7,243 bases of DNA from a virus (lineage: Duplodnaviria > Heunggongvirae > Uroviricota > Caudoviricetes). Positions 1-5,074 of this stretch are shown in pieces; positions within the stretch are counted from its first letter, which is position 1; every line of letters begins with the position of its first letter. The stretch is from positions 1-7,243 of IMG/VR virus record IMGVR_UViG_2548876950_000015; one strand, written 5' to 3'. Both the position numbers and the translations under genes were made by a program. A model generated the notes under the pieces. It was not told the DNA's origin. It did no database searches and saw only the letters and a program-made list of their open reading frames with translations.

Positions 1-1797
1 TTAGAACTCCTTCACATCTGCGCCAGAAGACACGCTCCAGATCGAAACAGGCGACCCGTTTACACCTATTAACCTTGCTTTCAACCCATTTCCGCTTGCT
101 CTTGGTACGGTTAAATTTGCAGCAGATGGATTCATAGCCCAATCTCCTCCATTTAATATGACACTCATTTCAACTACGCCACCATTATCAATATCTATTA
201 TAGGTGTTTGCACTACCGGGCTTTGTTGATCAATTGGCAGAAAGCCATTGACAATAATAGATGGTCTGAATGATGGGTTTCCCTGAACGCTAACACGAAG
301 TTGCCCACCCTTAACAAATTCTGTTGCACAAGTATTCATGACAATGCAATACGGATTTACAAAATCAAATGCATAGCAAATTGACTCCCCATCCATTGGC
401 GTGCAGTTTTCAGCAGTACAATTGGTCATGGTGGTATATTGCATTCCTGACATTCTAAATGACAACTGGTAACCGTTAACCTGAACAAGGCGCATATCCA
501 TAGAAGTGCCTATTACTTTTATTTGACCATCCCTAAAATCTTCAAATAAAACGCCAGCATATCCTTTCCCTGGATATTGTGGGAAACCGACCATTTCCAT
601 TACGCCAGAGAACGGCACATAAGAGAAGCATCCGATATAAGCACATTCAAAAATTGACTGTCTGATAACTGGTGCTGCTGATTTTCCTAAAAACAGTCCG
701 TAATAATTTCTATAAGAATCTACGTTTTCTTGTGTTAAGCCAAGCCTTCTAAACATGCAGTTTTCAACTCTACCGTTAACACAAAATGAACTCATTGAGT
801 TATCTGTTAGATCCCATTGTTTTGGTATAAAAGCACATAATGCATCCACCTGAAGAATTACTTCTCCATTTTTTGTGAGATCTATTTTGTCATTTGTTGT
901 TTTATAAAAAACTGTCGCTTCAGCCTTTCCCTGTCCTCTAATTCCCATATTGTCATAAATTGGGATTGTTTTTGATGTATTTATGTTTCCAGCAGGAGCC
1001 TCTAGAATGCATTTGTTTGAGCGGGCAAAGTTAGTTGCAAGAGTTATAGCTGTTGCGTTATCTGTGACTCCGTCAGGTTTCACCCCCCAAAATTGCATGT
1101 CGTAAGTGGTAAAATTAATTCGTCTCCATACCATCGTTCCAGTTTCTGGCTTGATTACAATTCCACCATCATCAGCCCACGCCTGAATGTTATCAACAGA
1201 CTCGAAAAAGCCGCCACCAAGGTGGTTTTCAGCATGTGTAGTGCTAGCTGCTGATGCTACGTATACAATCTGCCCTGCCTCCTCCGGAACACAGGAGCGA
1301 AGCTCTGAAAGATTGAGAAAGCGGCCAATAGCGTTAAATCCTGTTTTATCAATTAATGAATCATGTGTAGCTTTCAAGATCTCCAGCTCAATCTTTACGG
1401 TTGTGCCTCCATAACCAACCAGAGATGCGCCATCATGGCCAGAAAGCTCAGCCCTTAACTGATCTGGAGAATATTTCAGTAGATCAGGATAATAGAATTG
1501 TTGTGCACCATACGCATCATACACAGCCATGGAGTGATTCTGTACAGTTACGAACTTGGCAATCTGTCCGTTATATACAGGGTAACCAGCAGCGTTAATG
1601 ATGATTGGTTGCGAAACAGGGACGTGAGAACCATCTTCGTTCTCCACATAAACCTGAATCTGGTTTTCAGGATTTACAGGGTCAGTGTCAATTTTACCAA
1701 TATAAATTTTGCCATTGGCAACCGCTTTAAAAGAACGCGCCATAGTGAAGAGTTGCGAAGGCATCGATACGATCACATTGGCTGTAATGTCTGTCAT
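1..1797 (-). CDS. Tailspike protein: P22 gp9-type head-binding N-terminal domain fused to a divergent receptor-binding domain
   Basis: 598-aa ORF, ATG at 1797-1795 with GGAG about 10 nt upstream, TAA stop at 3-1. The first ~110 residues ([59 protein letters not shown]...KYSPDQ) match, from memory, the conserved head-binding domain of P22 gp9 and the Sf6/HK620 tailspikes. The rest does not resemble the P22 endorhamnosidase body as I recall it. Position after the immI module matches P22 synteny. Confidence 0.88.
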   Translation of the reverse strand: MTDITANVIVSMPSQLFTMARSFKAVANGKIYIGKIDTDPVNPENQIQVYVENEDGSHVPVSQPIIINAAGYPVYNGQIAKFVTVQNHSMAVYDAYGAQQFYYPDLLKYSPDQLRAELSGHDGASLVGYGGTTVKIELEILKATHDSLIDKTGFNAIGRFLNLSELRSCVPEEAGQIVYVASAASTTHAENHLGGGFFESVDNIQAWADDGGIVIKPETGTMVWRRINFTTYDMQFWGVKPDGVTDNATAITLATNFARSNKCILEAPAGNINTSKTIPIYDNMGIRGQGKAEATVFYKTTNDKIDLTKNGEVILQVDALCAFIPKQWDLTDNSMSSFCVNGRVENCMFRRLGLTQENVDSYRNYYGLFLGKSAAPVIRQSIFECAYIGCFSYVPFSGVMEMVGFPQYPGKGYAGVLFEDFRDGQIKVIGTSMDMRLVQVNGYQLSFRMSGMQYTTMTNCTAENCTPMDGESICYAFDFVNPYCIVMNTCATEFVKGGQLRVSVQGNPSFRPSIIVNGFLPIDQQSPVVQTPIIDIDNGGVVEMSVILNGGDWAMNPSAANLTVPRASGNGLKARLIGVNGSPVSIWSVSSGADVKEF

Positions 1798-1855
1798 TTA
1801 ATTTGCTCCAGATGCAAGGAATCGCCGCAGCATGGCTACGGTGAATTTTGGGCAT

Positions 1856-1880
1856 AAAAAAAAACCCAGCCGAAGCTGGG
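1856..1880 (-). terminator. Rho-independent terminator downstream of the antirepressor-like gene
   Basis: Read on the minus strand: 6-bp GC-rich stem CCCAGC / GCTGGG (1880-1865) with a TTCG loop, followed directly by a run of nine T (plus-strand A-run 1856-1864). Lies about 20 nt after the stop at 1900. Confidence 0.6.
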
Positions 1881-1899
1881 TCGTTGCGTTGGTTATCTG

Positions 1900-2790
1900 T
1901 CAGTAGTTATGTACTGAAGGAGGTAATTCTTTATTCTTAAGTCTCATCCATGCGGAACGATTCGTTGGTCCGTCTGGCTCATTAATATCAACATCTAGTG
2001 TGTGATTGATTAAAACGTCTCTCGCTATATCGATAATACGGGAGAACTCATAACCGCAGTCATGACATCTGCCGGAATAGTTCGATTGAATTTGTTTCAG
2101 CGCCGGATACAATTCGCGGAATAATGCCTGTGAGCGGTTGGCATAATCCCATAACCATACAAGGCTGTTTGCTTCTTTTGCAGAAAGCTCGTTGGTTTTC
2201 TTCTCTTGTTTGCCGATAAATTCACCTTCAAGCACTACCCTGTGGATGTACTCTACGGCCAGCGGGATTTGTTCAATTGAAAGTTCATCAATGCTGTCAA
2301 TACCAAAACGCTGATGAACCATATTGTATGCATCGTCATAGCGAAGTCCTTTCTTTCCTACCAGCATGTTTACTGCATCGCGTAGCGGTGTGCGTTCAGC
2401 TACTGAAGTTTTACCGCCAATACTCTTCCTCTCTTGTGTGGCAGTAACCATTGCGTCATATGCACGGATAACCTTCAGCGCAAATGCTGCGCTAATCCAC
2501 ATGGCGTAGGAGTAAACAAGCTCCTTGCACACGTAGGTTCCACCATATCGACCTTTCTTAGAAAGGACGGGATTCTTATTCTGCATATCCGCAGAATTAA
2601 AAATTTCATTAATCAATTCAATAGTTTCATTTCTACGCATGAAGAAAGCTGGCTGATGTTTTTCCTCCTTTCCAGACGCTACATGAAGGTCATTAAGCGA
2701 GTAACGACCCTCTGAATCCATATGAATCTTGACGTCAGAAATGATGATGCTATTAGTGCAATTTACAGTTGACTTTGCTAAGCTTGACAT
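1900..2790 (-). CDS. KilA-N domain antirepressor-like protein
   Basis: The ORF track extends to 2856, but that start is a GTG overlapping the upstream stop. The ATG at 2790-2788 (MSSLAKS...) has a GAGG 10 nt upstream and puts the KilA-N-like motif ([39 protein letters not shown]) near the N-terminus, as is usual for this family. Family call is from motif recollection only. Position after arc corresponds to ant in P22 immI. Confidence 0.62.
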   Translation of the reverse strand: MSSLAKSTVNCTNSIIISDVKIHMDSEGRYSLNDLHVASGKEEKHQPAFFMRRNETIELINEIFNSADMQNKNPVLSKKGRYGGTYVCKELVYSYAMWISAAFALKVIRAYDAMVTATQERKSIGGKTSVAERTPLRDAVNMLVGKKGLRYDDAYNMVHQRFGIDSIDELSIEQIPLAVEYIHRVVLEGEFIGKQEKKTNELSAKEANSLVWLWDYANRSQALFRELYPALKQIQSNYSGRCHDCGYEFSRIIDIARDVLINHTLDVDINEPDGPTNRSAWMRLKNKELPPSVHNY

Positions 2791-2852
2791 ATCAATAATA
2801 CCTCGTAAGTTTTGTTGATACCGAAGCCCTGACTGTTCCCGCAGTTGGGGCT

Positions 2853-3074
2853 TCACTGTTTTTGTAAGTCACTGTAGCTATAAAGCCACTGACCACTCAT
2901 TTTTGATTTGATTGACTCTACTGAGTCACGGCAAGGAATGATTCCGCCTGACATCATTCTGATCTCCGTAAATTCACCACTCCTTATCGATTCAATGCCA
3001 TCAATGTTAACTAAAGATTTACCTCTACCAAGTGCATTCTCATAGCCAATCTCATCAACCTCAATAAACCTCAT
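2853..3074 (-). CDS. Hypothetical 73-aa protein between arc and the antirepressor-like gene
   Basis: ATG at 3074-3072 overlaps the arc TGA stop (ATGA). A GAGGGG sits about 8 nt upstream. TGA stop at 2855-2853. No family recognised. Confidence 0.4.
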   Translation of the reverse strand: MRFIEVDEIGYENALGRGKSLVNIDGIESIRSGEFTEIRMMSGGIIPCRDSVESIKSKMSGQWLYSYSDLQKQ

Positions 3075-3229
3075 GCCGTTATCCCCTCTCTCTTCAGGCT
3101 GTCCAACACTCGCTTGTAAATCTCAGAGTTAACAGATCGCCCGTTCTCTTCAGCTACCTTGCGCACCAAATCCAATACTTCTTTAGGCCACCGCAAATTG
3201 AACTGAGGCATTTTTCTTGCACCTTGCAT
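3071..3229 (-). CDS. arc: Arc-like ribbon-helix-helix transcriptional repressor
   Basis: Manual minus-strand translation gives [52 protein letters not shown] (52 aa), near-identical over the core to P22 Arc as I recall it (MKGMSKMPQFNLRWPREVLDLVRKVAEENGRSVNSEIYQRV...). ATG at 3229-3227 with GGAG 6 nt upstream; TGA at 3073-3071. Missing from the ORF track because it is under 60 aa. An in-frame ATG at 3250 would add 7 residues but has no SD. Confidence 0.85.
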   Translation of the reverse strand: MQGARKMPQFNLRWPKEVLDLVRKVAEENGRSVNSEIYKRVLDSLKREGITA

Positions 3230-3322
3230 ATTCAACTCCATTTCACTCATTGATAGTACCGTACTACTATTGAAAGCGTACTACTACCGTTCTAGCATGT
3301 CAACAAATAAAAGGAGAACGAC
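3230..3322. promoter_or_regulatory. Divergent mnt/arc control region with overlapping candidate promoters and operator-like repeats
   Basis: 93-bp interval between divergent arc and mnt. Inverted repeat TAGTAC-c-GTACTA at 3254-3266 inside GATAGTACCGTACTACTAT (3252-3270), whose flanks resemble the P22 arc operator as I recall it (ATGATAGAAGCACTCTACTAT). Direct repeat CGTACTACTA at 3260-3269 and 3277-3286. Candidate rightward promoter: -35 TTGAAA 3270-3275, -10 TAGCAT 3293-3298. Candidate leftward promoter: -35 TTGACA (complement of 3298-3303), -10 TACGCT (complement of 3275-3280). Confidence 0.5.
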
Positions 3323-3565
3323 GTGGCTAGAAATGATCCACAATTCAACGTAAGAATGCCTGATGAGATAAAACAGCAACTTACGCATATTGCTGCAACA
3401 AATCGCCGCTCGATAAACGCAGAGATTATTTCAGCTATCGAACTATGGATAAAAATTCATAAAGGGCAGCTAATACCTTCAAGTAGTCGAATCCTGACAA
3501 AGTCTGAGCAAGAGGCGTTTGATGTAGCTATTGATGTGTTAAAACGTGTAAGAGATGGAGGATAA
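3323..3565 (+). CDS. mnt: Mnt-like ribbon-helix-helix repressor
   Basis: 80-aa ORF with GTG start at 3323 preceded by AAGGAG (3311-3316). N-terminus MARNDPQFNVRMPDEIKQQL...NRRSINAEI resembles P22 Mnt as I recall it (MARDDPHFNFRMPMEVREKL...NGRSMNSEL). Divergent from arc, as in P22 immI. Confidence 0.85.
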   Translation: MARNDPQFNVRMPDEIKQQLTHIAATNRRSINAEIISAIELWIKIHKGQLIPSSSRILTKSEQEAFDVAIDVLKRVRDGG

Positions 3566-3567
3566 CC

Positions 3568-3801
3568 ATGGAGCAACAACAAGGGTCGCCATTATCATTG
3601 ATTATTATGGTGATTTTTTTCGTTTTTATCTTTTTTATACCTGCGTTAAAAATATCCAAAAAGGCCGGCTTTGACTGGAAGATGGCTGTATGTTTAACAA
3701 TCCCTGGCTTTAACGTGGTGGCGTGGCTCGCGCTTGCGTTCATGGATTGGCCAATTCACAAGTATCTACCAAAAGATGTGAATCGTAAGGATGCAAAATG
3801 A
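3568..3801 (+). CDS. Small two-helix membrane protein, co-transcribed with mnt
   Basis: 77-aa ORF. ATG at 3568 lies 2 nt after the mnt stop, with GGAGG (3557-3561) 6 nt upstream. Hydrophobic stretches LSLIIMVIFFVFIFFIPAL and MAVCLTIPGFNVVAWLALAF, basic C-terminal tail. No family recognised. Confidence 0.6.
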   Translation: MEQQQGSPLSLIIMVIFFVFIFFIPALKISKKAGFDWKMAVCLTIPGFNVVAWLALAFMDWPIHKYLPKDVNRKDAK

Positions 3802-4007
3802 ATAAAAAACAGCTTATTAAGTCAAAAACGTCAAGCAAGGAAGAATTAGAGAAGGAGCTAAACTCCCTGAAATATGCTCTGTGTCTGGTTTACTCAAGAC
3901 TGCCAATGGAAGATAAAAACGCCATTTACAATGAAATGATTAGCAGCCTTGATTTTAACGATAGAGACCTAGCATCCCACCTCAACAGCTTCCGCGTCCC
4001 TGAGTAA
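3798..4007 (+). CDS. Hypothetical 69-aa hydrophilic protein, translationally coupled to the upstream membrane protein
   Basis: ATG at 3798 overlaps the upstream TGA stop (ATGA); AAGGA 6 nt upstream. Charged, helix-prone sequence. TAA stop at 4005-4007. Confidence 0.5.
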   Translation: MNKKQLIKSKTSSKEELEKELNSLKYALCLVYSRLPMEDKNAIYNEMISSLDFNDRDLASHLNSFRVPE

Positions 4008-4167
4008 TTCTGTTGCGGATTTGCTTCTTGCGGTGGTTTAAGCTGGAGAGCTTGGCTTCTGCTTCTGATATTTGCGCATCAAGATCTTTAAGCTCAAGAT
4101 CTGAAAGTCGCTGGTCAAGCAGGGTTTGGTTCAACTCAATGTTGTTCAGGCGTTCTTCTATGGTCAT
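3982..4167 (-). CDS. Hypothetical 61-aa coiled-coil-like protein
   Basis: ATG at 4167-4165 with AAGGAG 5 nt upstream. MTIEERLNNIELNQTLLDQRLSDLELKDLDAQISEAEAKLSSLNHRKK has heptad-like Leu/Ile spacing. The longer track ORF begins at a GTG (4215) with no SD. Its 3' end overlaps the 3' end of the 3798-4007 gene by 26 bp. Confidence 0.4.
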   Translation of the reverse strand: MTIEERLNNIELNQTLLDQRLSDLELKDLDAQISEAEAKLSSLNHRKKQIRNRITQGRGSC

Positions 4168-4308
4168 GATTTCTCCTTGTTGAGGTTGATGTGAAACGAT
4201 TGATTGTATACGCACTCTTTTGTTAGCTAGTAGCTTTGCTTAATCGCAAGATAAAGTTTCTGATTAATCCCTAAAAATCAAAAAATAAAGTTAAAACAGG
4301 TACATGAT
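4168..4308. promoter_or_regulatory. AT-rich divergent intergenic region, presumed promoters for the 3982-4167 (-) and 4309-4512 (+) genes
   Basis: 141-bp AT-rich spacer between two divergently oriented small genes, with several TTG-containing hexamers (for example TTGTTA 4220-4225, TTGCTT 4236-4241). I could not pair a convincing -35/-10 by eye. Confidence 0.3.
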
Positions 4309-4512
4309 ATGGAATGGATCATAGGATTTGTTGTTCTTATCTTCATAGCCAGTATGTTTAAACCAAGAAGTTGCGATATCTGTGGTGCTGGATTTAAGAA
4401 AAAGTACTTCACATGGACTATCGATGGAAAGAAACAGCATCTTTGTCCGTACTGCAACAGTAAAATGGAGAGGCGCAACAGCGATAGGCGCTTTAAGGAT
4501 CGATTTGGTTAA
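4309..4512 (+). CDS. Membrane-anchored zinc-ribbon mini-protein (N-terminal TM helix plus CxxC-x23-CxxC)
   Basis: 67-aa ORF MEWIIGFVVLIFIASMFKPRSCDICGAGFKKKYFTWTIDGKKQHLCPYCNSKMERRNSDRRFKDRFG: one hydrophobic helix, then two Cys pairs (CDIC, CPYC), then an Arg/Lys-rich tail. TAA stop at 4510-4512 is followed about 20 nt later by the terminator hairpin. SD is weak. Confidence 0.55.
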   Translation: MEWIIGFVVLIFIASMFKPRSCDICGAGFKKKYFTWTIDGKKQHLCPYCNSKMERRNSDRRFKDRFG

Positions 4513-4530
4513 CCATTTTATCTCCAACAA

Positions 4531-4560
4531 AAAACCCACCTGACGGTGGGTTTCATTTCT
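4531..4560. terminator. Bidirectional rho-independent terminator between convergent genes
   Basis: Hairpin CCCACC-TGAC-GGTGGG (4535-4550). On the minus strand it is followed by TTTTTTGTTGG (strong, serves the lipoprotein gene ending at 4560). On the plus strand it is followed by TTTCATTTCT (weaker, serves the 4309-4512 gene). Confidence 0.7.
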
Positions 4561-4979
4561 TAATCTTGCTTTGTAGACGGTATAAGGGATGCGTTTGCCT
4601 CTTTTGGCTTCAAGGTATACATCCCACCATTAAATGGATCAACAGCAAGCCAACCAATTAACCCACCAAACACAAGGTTTCCACCAATATACCAACCATT
4701 AGCATTGGCTTTGATTGGCAGGGTAACTGGTTCGTACCCATCCTTTTCCATAGTGATCTGGTAACTCTTTTTGCCAAAATAACTACCATCTGACTTGGCA
4801 AGAGTTACTCCTTGTGGGGTCTTACCTTGCGCAACAATCACGCCTGATTCGTCTTTTACCTTAAAGCTCGCACCGGAAGGATTGCTGTTCACTTGCACAA
4901 GCTGTGTTTCGTCACCAACAATAGTTGCGCACCCAGATAACATGATAGCGCCAGCAACGACGCCAATAATCCTCTTCAT
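4560..4979 (-). CDS. Lipoprotein with a PEGA-like beta-rich domain and a Gly-rich C-terminal segment
   Basis: Signal peptide with lipobox: MKRIIGVVAGAIMLSGC. The track ORF starts 4 codons earlier (ATG 4991, MEID...) with no SD; ATG at 4979 gives the canonical lipoprotein N-terminus. The mature region (NSNPSGASFKVKD...GKTP...ITMEKDGYEP) resembles a PEGA-type fold by motif recollection. C-terminus GWYIGGNLVFGGLIGWLAVDP is Gly-zipper-like. TAA stop at 4562-4560, then the strong terminator. Confidence 0.7.
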   Translation of the reverse strand: MKRIIGVVAGAIMLSGCATIVGDETQLVQVNSNPSGASFKVKDESGVIVAQGKTPQGVTLAKSDGSYFGKKSYQITMEKDGYEPVTLPIKANANGWYIGGNLVFGGLIGWLAVDPFNGGMYTLKPKEANASLIPSTKQD

Positions 4980-5074
4980 ATCAATTTCCATATCTAAAAA
5001 ACCGGAAACATCCTAATGACAAACCATTCAAATGTGAAGCACGAGATAAGATCAATCCATCCGTGGACGACTAA

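Noticed and set aside
1187-1857. Three plus-strand ORFs (1187-1414, 1401-1598, 1498-1857)
   Set aside because: They lie entirely antisense within the well-supported tailspike gene, have no SD and give low-complexity or odd translations. Treated as frame artefacts.
2434-2715. Plus-strand 93-aa ORF
   Set aside because: Antisense inside the KilA-N-like gene, Cys-rich and noise-like, no SD.
2791-2856. GTG start at 2856 for the antirepressor-like gene, or ORF73 plus this gene as one frameshifted gene
   Set aside because: The two ORFs are in different frames with an intervening stop. GTG at 2856 lacks an SD, while ATG at 2790 has GAGG 10 nt upstream and gives an N-terminal KilA-N motif.
3071-3250. 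Longer Arc start at the ATG at 3250 (MSEMELN...)
   Set aside because: No SD upstream, and it would place the operator-like palindrome inside the coding sequence. The ATG at 3229 has GGAG at proper spacing and aligns with the P22 Arc N-terminus.
3528-3743. Minus-strand 71-aa ORF
   Set aside because: Antisense to the mnt 3' end and to the SD-supported membrane-protein gene at 3568-3801. No recognisable features.
3982-4215. Long form of the coiled-coil ORF starting at the GTG at 4215
   Set aside because: GTG with no SD; the internal ATG at 4167 has a near-consensus AAGGAG.
4278-4539. Two minus-strand ORFs (4278-4478, 4291-4539) opposite the zinc-ribbon gene
   Set aside because: The plus-strand ORF has the coherent TM plus CxxC-CxxC architecture and a downstream terminator. 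The minus-strand ORFs would start inside the terminator hairpin and lack an SD.
4795-5016. Plus-strand 73-aa ORF
   Set aside because: Antisense to the lipoprotein gene, which has a canonical lipobox signal peptide.
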